From positions 704,001 to 768,000 of the forward strand of contig OZ244653.1 in assembly GCA_965218795.1 (NCBI GenBank): DNA of 64,000 nucleotides, read 5' to 3'. The DNA is from a bacterium (GTDB lineage: Bacteria; UBA8248; JACPRG01; G963555815). The translations under genes were made by a program, and so were the position numbers. The notes under the pieces were generated by a model. The model saw nothing but the letters and a program-made list of their open reading frames with translations, searched no databases and was not told the origin of the DNA. This document shows, piece after piece, positions 9,180 to 18,872 of this stretch. Numbering within the stretch: position 1 is the first letter of the stretch; each line of letters starts with the position of its first letter.

Positions 9180-9935
9180 ATGAGACTGAAGGACAAGGTG
9201 GCTATCGTCACCGGCGGATCCCAGGGGATCGGCGAAGCCGTCTCTCGGGCCTACGCCAGGGAAGGGGCCAAGGTGGCCGTCGTCAATTACCGGAATCCCG
9301 AGCTGGGCGAGAAGGTCGCGGGCGAGATCGCCGAGGCCGGCGGCACGGCGGTGGCGATCCGGTGCGACGTGTCCAAGAAGTCCGAAGTCGAAGCCCTCGT
9401 GAGACAAGTGACTGACGAGTACGGCACAGTGGACATCCTCCTGTCGAACGCGGGCATCATGATCAACAAGCAGATCGAGGATTACTCCGAGGACGAGTGG
9501 GACCTGATGATCGATGTAAACCTCAAGGGCTCCTTCCTGACCGCCCAGGCCGTCGTGCCGCTGATGAAGGAAAGGAAATACGGGAAGATCATCTTCATGG
9601 CTTCCATTGCCGGGACCGTCGCCTTCCCCAACTCCGTTCCCTACTGCGCGAGCAAAGGGGGCGTCATCCTCATCATGAAGGCCTTGGCCGCTGAGGTTTC
9701 GAAATTCGGCATCAACGTCAACTCGATCTCTCCGGGCAACACTGCGACCCCGCTGAACCAGCATCTGCAGGACAACGAAGAGTTCGTCAAATTGCTGGAG
9801 TTCTTCACGCCGACCGGCCGGGCCTACATTTCGACCGAAGAGATGGCGGGGGCGGCGGTTTTCCTCGCCTCCGATGAGGCCAGAGCCGTGCACGGACTCG
9901 ACTTGATCGTCGACGACGGATGGTGCGCCATTTGA
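9180..9935 (+). CDS. Short-chain dehydrogenase/reductase, copy 1
   Basis: TGGSQGIG, NAG, YCASKGG. Confidence 0.95.
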   Translation: MRLKDKVAIVTGGSQGIGEAVSRAYAREGAKVAVVNYRNPELGEKVAGEIAEAGGTAVAIRCDVSKKSEVEALVRQVTDEYGTVDILLSNAGIMINKQIEDYSEDEWDLMIDVNLKGSFLTAQAVVPLMKERKYGKIIFMASIAGTVAFPNSVPYCASKGGVILIMKALAAEVSKFGINVNSISPGNTATPLNQHLQDNEEFVKLLEFFTPTGRAYISTEEMAGAAVFLASDEARAVHGLDLIVDDGWCAI

Positions 9936-9971
9936 TCGAGGCGGACCGACCGGTTCTCAAGAAGACGTCTC

Positions 9972-10284
9972 ATGGGCCTTGTCTGCTATGTGAGGCGTGA
10001 AGGACGTCTACATTCGGATCATTGTGTCACGGGGGGAGGGCTACCCGGTTCTGGACCCCCGTGTGGTCAAGTCGCCCACGCTGGCCGTTCTGCTTCACGA
10101 TCCCCAGCCGTCGTCGGTCACCGGATCGAGCTACGATGTAAAAGGCGGAGAGTTGGATAACAAAAAGCGGTCCCGCGAAGTATACGGGGTCGTGTTTGAC
10201 TACAAGGGGAACGTCGACCGGGCGGCGACATCGAGAAGGCGAAGATCCCCGGCGAGTCGCAGCCGTGCCAAAGGGGGTCGTTGA
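9972..10284 (+). pseudogene. Chimeric relic: class IV aminotransferase fragments fused to a hydantoinase B C-terminus
   Basis: Starts MGLVCYV. 9994-10150 is nearly identical to 11387-11543. It then reads REVYGVVFDYKGNVDRAAT, homologous to the HyuB tail EEVYGVVLDRAGNVDEAAT. Confidence 0.85.
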
Positions 10285-10354
10285 CATGCCGTTTGCTTTT
10301 TGTGAAAGATGAGGCGAATGGTTTGCGCCGCCGAACGAAAGAGGGAGTAGGGAG

Positions 10355-11110
10355 ATGAGGTTGAAAGACAAAGTGGCCATCGTGACCGGTGGTTCCCAGG
10401 GCATTGGCGAAGCCGTCTGCAAGGCCTTTGGCCATGAGGGCGCCAGGGTGGTGGTCGGGAATTACGGGAATCTCGACCTTGGGGAAAAAGTGGCGGATGA
10501 AATCGTCCAGGCCGGGGGAACAGCCACGGCGATCCGGTGCGACGTGACCAAGAAGTCCGAAGTCGAAGCCCTCGTGAGACAAGTGATCGACGAATACGGG
10601 ACCGTGGACATCCTTATGGCCAACGCGGGCATCATGATCAACAAGCAGATCGAGGACTATACCGAGGAAGAATGGGACCTCACGATCGACACCAATCTGA
10701 AGGGCGGCTTCCTGACGGCCCAGGCCGTCGTGCCCATCATGAAAGAGAAAAAGTACGGAAAGATCGTTTTCACGGCTTCCACCTTAGGCTCTGTCGCCTT
10801 CCCCAACTCCGTTCCCTACTGCGCGAGCAAAGGGGGCGTCATCCTCATCATGAAGGCCTTGGCCGCTGAGGTTTCGAAATTCGGCATCAACGTCAACTCG
10901 ATCTCTCCGGGCAGTACGGCAACGTCCCTCAACCAGCACCTCCAGGACAACCCCGAATTCGTGAAGATGTTGGAGCAAATGACACCCACCGGCCGGGCCT
11001 ACATTTCGACCGAAGAGATGACCGGGGCGGCCGTCTTCCTCGCCTCTGACGAGGCCAGAGCCGTTCACGGACTCGACTTGCTCGTCGACGATGGATGGTG
11101 CGCCGTTTGA
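10355..11110 (+). CDS. Short-chain dehydrogenase/reductase, copy 2
   Basis: Close paralog of 9180-9935, same length (251 aa). Confidence 0.95.
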   Translation: MRLKDKVAIVTGGSQGIGEAVCKAFGHEGARVVVGNYGNLDLGEKVADEIVQAGGTATAIRCDVTKKSEVEALVRQVIDEYGTVDILMANAGIMINKQIEDYTEEEWDLTIDTNLKGGFLTAQAVVPIMKEKKYGKIVFTASTLGSVAFPNSVPYCASKGGVILIMKALAAEVSKFGINVNSISPGSTATSLNQHLQDNPEFVKMLEQMTPTGRAYISTEEMTGAAVFLASDEARAVHGLDLLVDDGWCAV

Positions 11111-11140
11111 GGAAGGCGGAGCAGGGCTCCAGGCCGAACC

Positions 11141-12022
11141 ATGCCGCTGATTTGCTACGTCAATGGAGAATTCGTGGAAGCGGAGCGGGCCAAGGTCTCC
11201 GCCTTTGACCACGGGTTCCTCTATGGAGACGGTATCTTCGAAAGCCTCACCGCAACCAGCGGAAGGCTCTTCAAGCTCAGAGAGCACCTGGACCGGCTGG
11301 AGCGCTCGGCCCGGGCGCTGCGCCTGGAGCTTCCCGAGCCTCGGGAACGGATCGGCGAAATCGTCAAGCAGGCGGTCCGCCGCTCGGGCGTGAAGGACGT
11401 CTACATTCGGATCATTGTGTCACGGGGGGAGGGCTACCCGGTTCTGGACCCCCGTGTGGTCAAGTCGCCCACGCTGGCCGTTCTGCTTCACGATCCCCAG
11501 CCGCCGTCGGTCACCGGATCGAGCTACGATGTAAAAGGCGGAGGGCTGCGCCTGAAGACCGCTGGTGTGCGAAAGGTGCCGCCCGAGTCCTTCGAGCCGC
11601 GCGTAAAATGCCTCAACTACCTGAATCACGTCCTGGCCCGAATCGAGGCCATTGAATCGGGATATGACGAGGCCATCCTCCTGGACGTCCGGGGGTTTGT
11701 CGCCGAGGCGCCCGGAGAAAACATCTTCGTCGTCCAGGATGGTGTTCTCCGGACACCGCACGCCGCTCATGTCCTCGACGGGATCACCCGCAGGACGGTC
11801 TTGGATCTGGCCGGTCGAGAAGGGATACGGGCGGAAGAGGCTGATCTGACGCTCTACGACGTCTACACCGCGGACGAAGCGTTCCTGACCTCCTCCTTCA
11901 GCCGCGTTCACGGAGTCGTGGAGGTCGACGGCCGGAAGATCGAGTGCCCGGGCCCCCTCACGCGCCGGCTCCGGGAGATGCTATCGGAATTGGAAAGGAC
12001 GGAAGGGGAAGTGATAGACTGA
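11141..12022 (+). CDS. PLP-dependent class IV aminotransferase (IlvE/Dat-like)
   Basis: FDHGFLYGDGIFE, HLDRL, KCLNY, LDGITR, DEAFLT. Confidence 0.92.
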   Translation: MPLICYVNGEFVEAERAKVSAFDHGFLYGDGIFESLTATSGRLFKLREHLDRLERSARALRLELPEPRERIGEIVKQAVRRSGVKDVYIRIIVSRGEGYPVLDPRVVKSPTLAVLLHDPQPPSVTGSSYDVKGGGLRLKTAGVRKVPPESFEPRVKCLNYLNHVLARIEAIESGYDEAILLDVRGFVAEAPGENIFVVQDGVLRTPHAAHVLDGITRRTVLDLAGREGIRAEEADLTLYDVYTADEAFLTSSFSRVHGVVEVDGRKIECPGPLTRRLREMLSELERTEGEVID

Positions 12023-12097
12023 CCGCGGGATGAACTCAATCCCGTCCGCTCCTGAATGAACCCATCAACGACGCTGAACCGCGGAGGCGGATTCACC

Positions 12098-13489
12098 ATG
12101 CCGAAATCCTTGAAAGAACTGGACCAGGCCCACCGGATGTCCTTGTGGACGCCGTACATCCAGATGGAGACCATTCGGGAACAGGGCCCGTTGATCTTCG
12201 AACGGGCTGAAGGCGTATACCTCTACGATTCCTCCGGAAAGAAGTACTTGGACGCCCATGCGAGTCTCTGGCTGGTCAACATCGGCTACGGCCGGCAGGA
12301 GGTGATCGACGCGGTCCATGAGCAGATGAAGAAGATGTCCTATTTCAGCATGTTCCTGGGGTACTCCAACGCGCCGGCCATCGAGCTCGGCGAACGGCTG
12401 AGAGGGCTCGCCGAACCCGAGGGAATGGGAAAGGTTTTTTATTCCGACAGCGGCTCGGAAGCGGTCGAAACGGCGCTCAAAATGGTGCGTCAATACTGGA
12501 AGAACCTCGGCAAGGCCGGGAAGTACAAGGTCATCGGCCGCCGCAATGGTTACCACGGAGTCACTTTCGGCGCGCTTTCCGCATCGGGGATGACGGCCAA
12601 CCGGCGGATGTTCGAGCCTCTCCTACCGGGTTTCCGCCACATTCCCGAGCCCAACTGCTACCGAAATGATTTCGGCGATAATCTGACCGAGGAGCAGGTC
12701 TCCGAGGCCGCGGCCAACGCCCTTAGGACGGCCATCGAGTTCGAGGGACCGGATACGGTGGCCGCGTTCATCGCCGAACCCGTCATGGGAGCCGTCGGCG
12801 TGATCGTGCCGCCGGAGAGCTATTTGCGGAAATGCCGCGAGATCTGCACAGAGTACAATGTCCTGTTCATTGCGGATGAAGTGATCACAGGATTCGGCCG
12901 GACCGGGACGTGGTTCGGCAGCCGGACCTATGGGATCCAGCCGGATATCATGTGTTTCGCCAAAGGGCTCACGAGCGGCTACGTCCCCATGGGCGCCACG
13001 ATGTGCACCGAAGAGGTTTATCAGGCCTTCCTCGGAAATCCGGGGGACGGGAAGGAATTCCGGCACGGAAACACCTACAGCGGGCATGCCGCCGCGGCCG
13101 CCGCGGCTCTGGCCAATCTGGAGATCGTCGAAAAGGAGGACCTTCCCGGAAACGCGAAGACCGTCGGGGATTATCTTCTCAACCGGCTGCGCGAGCTCGA
13201 AAAATATCCGATTGTCGGAGATGTGCGAGGTATCGGCCTGGTCGCTCGGATCGAGTTGGTCCAGGACAAATCGACGAAAAAACCTTTCGACAAGCCGGGG
13301 GCCATCGGGGGTAAGCTTCAAAAACGTCTTGAGGAATTGGGCGTGATCTTCAGGAATGTCGTGGACGTGTTGACGATTTCTCCACCTCTGGTGCTGACCA
13401 GAGAAGAGGCTGATATCATCGTTGACGGTTTCGATCAGGCAATCGGAGAAGTTGTCGAATCACTCTCGGTAAATTTTATAACTAATTGA
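12098..13489 (+). CDS. PLP-dependent class III aminotransferase (omega-amino acid/BioA-like)
   Basis: SGSEAVETALK, YHGVT, FIAEPV, DEVITGFGRTG, AKGLTSGY, HGNTYSGH. RBS GGAGG before ATG at 12098. Confidence 0.92.
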   Translation: MPKSLKELDQAHRMSLWTPYIQMETIREQGPLIFERAEGVYLYDSSGKKYLDAHASLWLVNIGYGRQEVIDAVHEQMKKMSYFSMFLGYSNAPAIELGERLRGLAEPEGMGKVFYSDSGSEAVETALKMVRQYWKNLGKAGKYKVIGRRNGYHGVTFGALSASGMTANRRMFEPLLPGFRHIPEPNCYRNDFGDNLTEEQVSEAAANALRTAIEFEGPDTVAAFIAEPVMGAVGVIVPPESYLRKCREICTEYNVLFIADEVITGFGRTGTWFGSRTYGIQPDIMCFAKGLTSGYVPMGATMCTEEVYQAFLGNPGDGKEFRHGNTYSGHAAAAAAALANLEIVEKEDLPGNAKTVGDYLLNRLRELEKYPIVGDVRGIGLVARIELVQDKSTKKPFDKPGAIGGKLQKRLEELGVIFRNVVDVLTISPPLVLTREEADIIVDGFDQAIGEVVESLSVNFITN

Positions 13490-14283
13490 TGTTTAATGCT
13501 TTATATTTTGTAATGCTTGGGTTGTTTGCGCTATTTAGTTAAGGTAATTGATAAGGCTAAATGACTAGGGTTCCCTTAAGCTTGGCGGCCGATACTTTCC
13601 TGTGGAATGTCACACTTGGCAAGTTGTCTTCCCGAAGAAACATGGGATTCGGAATCCAGCGCTTGTCCCTTTGATACTGATTTCAGTCGTGTCGAGAAAA
13701 TAATTCAGCCCCGGATTCCATGACCCTGGGTCAGAATGGTAAGGGGTCCCGGATTGCGGGCCGAAAACCCATTTCTTCGCACCCTGCGGTCAAACCGAAG
13801 GTCTTCCGGGCCGACCGAACGACCTGCAGGTTTTTCGAGAAATCCGTCTTCATTGCGTAGACCAGCTGATCCATTCGTCGTACAGGGTTTGTTGATTCTG
13901 CGCCCTTTTCTCATCAGTCCAATCGTATCCCTCATTTTTCAGAAATTCCAAACGAAGGTCGACCAGGGCGGGGGCAGGGCGGCGCTCACGATACCAAAGA
14001 AGTGATCCCTTGAATCATCAGGAACGTTGAATTCCATCGTTTGTTGGCTCGGACTCGGACATGGATAGACTCCCTATTCGAGATTGTCGAGGCAAGATAC
14101 TAGAGAGAATACTTTTCTGGGGGTCAATCTTCCATCCGTAAATTGGAGGCGAATTTTGCATGGATACGGGAATCGGATTAAAATAGATACAGGTCGAAGG
14201 GGAGGAAATAGGCTTAGGAGGCCAGCTCTCCTTCGATTCCTACCCGTTGTAAGGGCGCATACGGCCCAAGGGGAGGATGAGGC

Positions 14284-17133
14284 ATGTCTAGAGGTCCCTC
14301 CGTCAAACAGTTCCAGATTCGCGTCAATGGAGAAGAGATAAAGGTTTCAGGCGGTGACAAACGCCTGCTGATGGACGTTCTCCGCGATGACCTGCGTCTC
14401 ATCGGGACAAAAAACGGCTGTACGCAAGGGTACTGCGGCTCCTGCCGGGTCATCCTGAACGGGAAAGCCGTGAACTCGTGTACCACGACGATGAGGGTTG
14501 CGGACGGCGGCGACGTTGTCACGATAGAAGGGGTCGGCACGTCCGAATCGCCGCATCCCCTGCAGACAGCTTTCGCCGAGCATGGCGCTTGTCAATGCGG
14601 ATTCTGCATTCCCGGTTTCATCGTATCCGCCTACGGCCTCCTCGAAAAGAACCCCGACCCGTCGGTCCAGGAGATCAAAGCATCTCTGGAGGAAAACGTT
14701 TGCCGGTGCACGGGGTACAGGCAGATCCTGGAGGCCATCGACTCGGTCATCCATCCGGAAGCGGGTTCGCCGGTCGACCGCGGGTTGAACGGAAAGGGTG
14801 CCGTCGGCCGTTCCTTCCTTCGGGACGACGCCTTGGAGAAGTGCTGCGGGACGGCCCTGTATGCAGACGATTTGTTTGTCGACGAAATGCTGTACGCGGC
14901 CGTGCTCAGAAGCGCCCATCCGCACGCCCGAATCATATCGATTGACACGAACGAAGCGGAGGAGATGGAAGGGGTCCACGCCATCCTGACCGATAAAGAC
15001 GTCCCCCACAACCGGTTCGGTCTCCTGACGCCCGACCAGCCCGTTTTGGCGGAGGGTAAGGTGCGATGCGTGGGAGAGGCCGTTGTGGCCGTCGCAGCCG
15101 AAACACCGGAAATCGCCGAGGCCGCACGGAAGGCAATCAAGGTCGAATGGGAAGTCCTGCCGGCCATCCTGGACCCTCGCAACGCCCTGGAGGAGGATGC
15201 CCCGTATATCCAGGATCTGGTCCCGGAAGGGCAGGTCATCAAAGAGTACGGCAAGAACATCGTCAGCCGGCGCCAGATCGACCGCGGGGACGTGGATGCC
15301 GCGTTCGAGGAATGCGCCGTTGTGGTCGAGCGGGAATTCGCCACGCCCTTTGTCGAGCACGGCTATCTTGAGCCTGAGGCCTGTCTGACGTATCTCGAGG
15401 CTGACCCCGAAGGCGGAGAGTCCCGTCTGATCGTCCGCTGCGCCGGGCAGAACGTCTTTTCGGATCAGGCGCAGCTCTCCGCCACGCTCGAATGGGAGCC
15501 CGAGCGAATCCGCGTCATCATGCCCAAGTGCGGCGGCGCCTTCGGCGGCAAGGAAGATGTTGTCCCGCAGATCCTCTGCGCGCTTCTCACGGTCAAGTCC
15601 GGGAAGCCCGTGAAGTATGTCCTGACGCGGGAGGAGTCGCTCCTGGCCTCCACGAAGCGCCACCCGTTTTTCTCCCGCATCAAGGTCGGGGCCGACCGGG
15701 ACGGAAAGATCGTCGCCGTCGACGCCATGCACATCAGCGATACGGGGGCCTACGCCTCGGTGGGCGATGTGGTGATGACCCGAGCGGCCACACATGCGGC
15801 TGGACCTTATGAGGTGGATAACGTCCGGGTGGACGTGATCGGGGCTTTCACCAACAACCCCATCGGCGGCGCGATGCGCGGATTCGGCACGCCCCAGGCG
15901 GCCTACCCCATTGAGGTCGTCCTGGACCAGATCGCCGAGACGCTGAATATCGACCCGGTCGAGATTCGTTTGCGGAACGCCCTCGAGCCGGGCAAGCGGA
16001 CAGGAGCGGGCCAGATCCTGCACCAGAGCGTGGGTCTCAAGGATTGCATCCGACAGGTGGCCGATGCCGCCGGGTGGGACAATCTCAAGGGGTCGCAGAG
16101 CAATGGGGGCCCGTGGCGGCGGGGGGTCGGCATCGCGGTCGCCTATAAGAACGTCGGACTGGGGAATGCCAGCCACGAAGATCAATCCATGGCCTGCGTC
16201 TCTTTGGAGGACGACGGCCGCATCTCAATCCGCGCGGGTGCGGCGGAAATCGGCCAGGGCATGACGACCATCCTTCGACAATTCGCGGCCGAGACCCTTC
16301 GCGTGGATTACGAGGAAGTGGACATCCTGACGGGCGACACCTTCGAGACGCCCGATTGCGGGGTCTCTTCCGCTTCGAGACAGACTTTCGTCACGGGAAA
16401 CGCCGTGATTCGCGCCGCCCGGGACGTCAAGGACCAGCTCCTGCATGCGGCCTCCCGGTTTCTCGACGTACCGGAGGACCTTCTCCAGTTCGAGGGAGGC
16501 CGGGTTGTCGTGGAGGGGATGCCGGATCGATCCATTTCCTTCGCCGAGATCAAGCTCCGGTCCGACGGCCAAACCTTCGAGGCGGAAAAGCTCTACGTCC
16601 CACCGCAGACGAGCGCCTGGGGCGAGTACGGCAAGGACGATTACAAGACCCACGTCACATACGGCTATGGCGCGCAAGGGGCGGTCGTGGCCGTGAACGT
16701 CGAGACCGGGGAGGTGAAGTTGGAAAAGATGGTGACTGCCCACGACGTGGGCCGGGTCATCCATCCTGCGGCTTGCCGGGGGCAGATCGAAGGCGGCGTG
16801 GTCCAGGGGATCGGGTACGCGCTGAGCGAGGAATACGGCGTCAAGAAGGGGAAACCCAAGAGCAAGCTGTTCAAGAGATGCGGCATGCCCGACATCCATC
16901 AGATTCCCGAGCTGGTCACGCTGATGGTCGAGGACCCGGAAATCGAAGGACCTTTCGGGGCCAAGGGGGTGGGCGAGGTCTCCACGATTCCGACGGCTCC
17001 GGCCATCATCAACGCGATTCATGATGCCTGCGGCATCTGGATCTATGACCTTCCCGCAACGCCGAATAAGGTCAAGGAGGCATTGGAGGCCGCCGGGTTG
17101 CCGGAAGAGGGAATTCCGGCGGAAGTCCATTGA
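14284..17133 (+). CDS. Xanthine oxidase-family molybdenum hydroxylase, fused 2x[2Fe-2S] plus Mo-binding subunit (no FAD domain)
   Basis: GCTQGYCGSC, CQCGFC, CRCTGY, GGAFGGK, AMRGFG, GQIEGG, GAKGVGE. Confidence 0.92.
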   Translation: MSRGPSVKQFQIRVNGEEIKVSGGDKRLLMDVLRDDLRLIGTKNGCTQGYCGSCRVILNGKAVNSCTTTMRVADGGDVVTIEGVGTSESPHPLQTAFAEHGACQCGFCIPGFIVSAYGLLEKNPDPSVQEIKASLEENVCRCTGYRQILEAIDSVIHPEAGSPVDRGLNGKGAVGRSFLRDDALEKCCGTALYADDLFVDEMLYAAVLRSAHPHARIISIDTNEAEEMEGVHAILTDKDVPHNRFGLLTPDQPVLAEGKVRCVGEAVVAVAAETPEIAEAARKAIKVEWEVLPAILDPRNALEEDAPYIQDLVPEGQVIKEYGKNIVSRRQIDRGDVDAAFEECAVVVEREFATPFVEHGYLEPEACLTYLEADPEGGESRLIVRCAGQNVFSDQAQLSATLEWEPERIRVIMPKCGGAFGGKEDVVPQILCALLTVKSGKPVKYVLTREESLLASTKRHPFFSRIKVGADRDGKIVAVDAMHISDTGAYASVGDVVMTRAATHAAGPYEVDNVRVDVIGAFTNNPIGGAMRGFGTPQAAYPIEVVLDQIAETLNIDPVEIRLRNALEPGKRTGAGQILHQSVGLKDCIRQVADAAGWDNLKGSQSNGGPWRRGVGIAVAYKNVGLGNASHEDQSMACVSLEDDGRISIRAGAAEIGQGMTTILRQFAAETLRVDYEEVDILTGDTFETPDCGVSSASRQTFVTGNAVIRAARDVKDQLLHAASRFLDVPEDLLQFEGGRVVVEGMPDRSISFAEIKLRSDGQTFEAEKLYVPPQTSAWGEYGKDDYKTHVTYGYGAQGAVVAVNVETGEVKLEKMVTAHDVGRVIHPAACRGQIEGGVVQGIGYALSEEYGVKKGKPKSKLFKRCGMPDIHQIPELVTLMVEDPEIEGPFGAKGVGEVSTIPTAPAIINAIHDACGIWIYDLPATPNKVKEALEAAGLPEEGIPAEVH

Positions 17134-17151
17134 TCTCGAACTGCATCGACC

Positions 17152-17190
17152 GCCCCGCCGAACAGGACAGCGTCCGGCGGGGCTTTTTTT
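17152..17190 (+). terminator. Intrinsic terminator
   Basis: gccccgccg...cggcggggc followed by T7. Confidence 0.75.
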
Positions 17191-17353
17191 CTTCCGGTTC
17201 AGGTTGCCTTCCCCGGACGATCATCGGTTTCTTCCGGGTCCGATTCGAAGAGCCTCCTGATGAACAACTGCACGCTCCGCCCGCCTGGTATAAGATGTCG
17301 GTCACCGGACCCGTCCAAATTGCAAACCCACGTCGAACGAAAGGGCCAGGGGG

Positions 17354-18847
17354 ATGATGACCGACCCACCCGCCGGTCTTCTGATAGAGAACGCTCGTTT
17401 CGTCCTGACGCAGGATGGAGAACGAAATCTTCTGGAAGGGGTATCCATCGCCGTTCAGGGGGACACGATCGCCGCGGTTGGCCCGGCGCATGAAGTCGCA
17501 AAACGGTTCAAGGGCGCCAGAACCCTCGACGCTTCGGATCGGCTCGTGACGCCGGGGCTCATCAATGCGCACACCCACATGGAATCCTGTTTTGACAAGG
17601 GGCTTCTGGACGACGTTCCCGCCGTGCCTTATTGCGAGAGGAAGTTCTCCTTTACCTGGGGGAGCCTCACGGCGGAGAATTATTACTACGCCGCGCTGCA
17701 CACAATGCTCTCCTGTCTCAAGACCGGCACGACGACCATCGCCGACTGCGGGACCATCCCGTCCCTGGAGGATTCAGTCGTCCGCGCCGTCCGCGACATC
17801 GGAATCCGGGGCGTGCTGGCCCGGGAGCTGATGGACGTTCACGCGGCGACGAAAACCACCTATGCCTCCTATGACGCCTTCACCGAGCTCTGTGACCGGC
17901 TCCAGGAAAATACGCGGGAATGCATCGAAAACAGCGAGGCGTTCATCCGCGAGTTTCACATGGCTGCCGGCGGGCGGGTTCGTGCGGCGCTGGATATCCA
18001 GCAGGTCTGCAACTGCACGCCGGAGCTGATTCACGGCATCCTCGACTTGGCCGAGCGCTATGACCTCGGCATCCAGTCCCACGCGGCCGTCACTCACGAC
18101 ATGGTCGAGATGACCCGCAAGCGGACGGGCATGCGGGACGTCGAGTATCTCCATCACGTCGGCGTCCTGGGACCTCGGCTGATCTGCGCGCACATGTGCT
18201 GGCTGAACACCCGGGAGCTGATGCTGATGAAGGAGGCGGGCGCCCACGTCGCGCACGTGCCGGGCGCAAGCCTCCACGGCATCTATTCGTCCGCCCACGC
18301 CCGGAGCAGCATTCCCGAGCTCGTGAATCTCGGGGTGAACGTTGCGCTAGGCAACGACGAGACGAACACCGGCACATGCCACGACATGGTGCGGGAGATG
18401 TATCTGGTGGCCGGGTGCCACGCCGAGGCCCGCGGGACGCACGTTTTTCCCGACGAAGACCTCTTTCAGCTCCGCTCGGGCGCAACGCAATCCATCGTCA
18501 TCGATATGGCGACGCGCAACGGGGCGAAGGCCCTGCGGATGGAGGATGAGGTCGGCAGCATAGAGGCGGGCAAAAAGGCGGACCTGGTCTTGTGGGACCT
18601 GACGAGCTACGAGTGGGTCCCCACGGCGCGTCAGAACCTGGTGAGCAATTTCATATTCAACGCCACGGGCCGGAGCGCGAGGACGGTGATCGTGAACGGG
18701 GTTCCGGTGATCGACGACTACCGCCTGACGACGATGGACGAGTCGGAGATCCTTCGCAAGGCGCAGGAATTCGGGGAGGGGATCATCCCCACGGCCCCTT
18801 GGCTCCGGGAGCCGGAGACCTGGGAACTGAAGTGGGTGAGAGAATGA
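17354..18847 (+). CDS. Metal-dependent amidohydrolase (ATZ/TRZ/MtaD-like), copy 1
   Basis: PGLINAHTH, LKTGTTT, ALGND, GSIEAGKKADLV. Confidence 0.9.
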   Translation: MMTDPPAGLLIENARFVLTQDGERNLLEGVSIAVQGDTIAAVGPAHEVAKRFKGARTLDASDRLVTPGLINAHTHMESCFDKGLLDDVPAVPYCERKFSFTWGSLTAENYYYAALHTMLSCLKTGTTTIADCGTIPSLEDSVVRAVRDIGIRGVLARELMDVHAATKTTYASYDAFTELCDRLQENTRECIENSEAFIREFHMAAGGRVRAALDIQQVCNCTPELIHGILDLAERYDLGIQSHAAVTHDMVEMTRKRTGMRDVEYLHHVGVLGPRLICAHMCWLNTRELMLMKEAGAHVAHVPGASLHGIYSSAHARSSIPELVNLGVNVALGNDETNTGTCHDMVREMYLVAGCHAEARGTHVFPDEDLFQLRSGATQSIVIDMATRNGAKALRMEDEVGSIEAGKKADLVLWDLTSYEWVPTARQNLVSNFIFNATGRSARTVIVNGVPVIDDYRLTTMDESEILRKAQEFGEGIIPTAPWLREPETWELKWVRE

Positions 18848-18857
18848 ACCAGAGAAA
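18350..18857 (+). repeat. ~500-bp direct repeat (partner at 19833-20340)
   Basis: Apparently identical by eye, including 10 nt past the stop codon (accagagaaa). Confidence 0.85.
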
Positions 18858-18872
18858 GGTCGAGGTTGCGGA

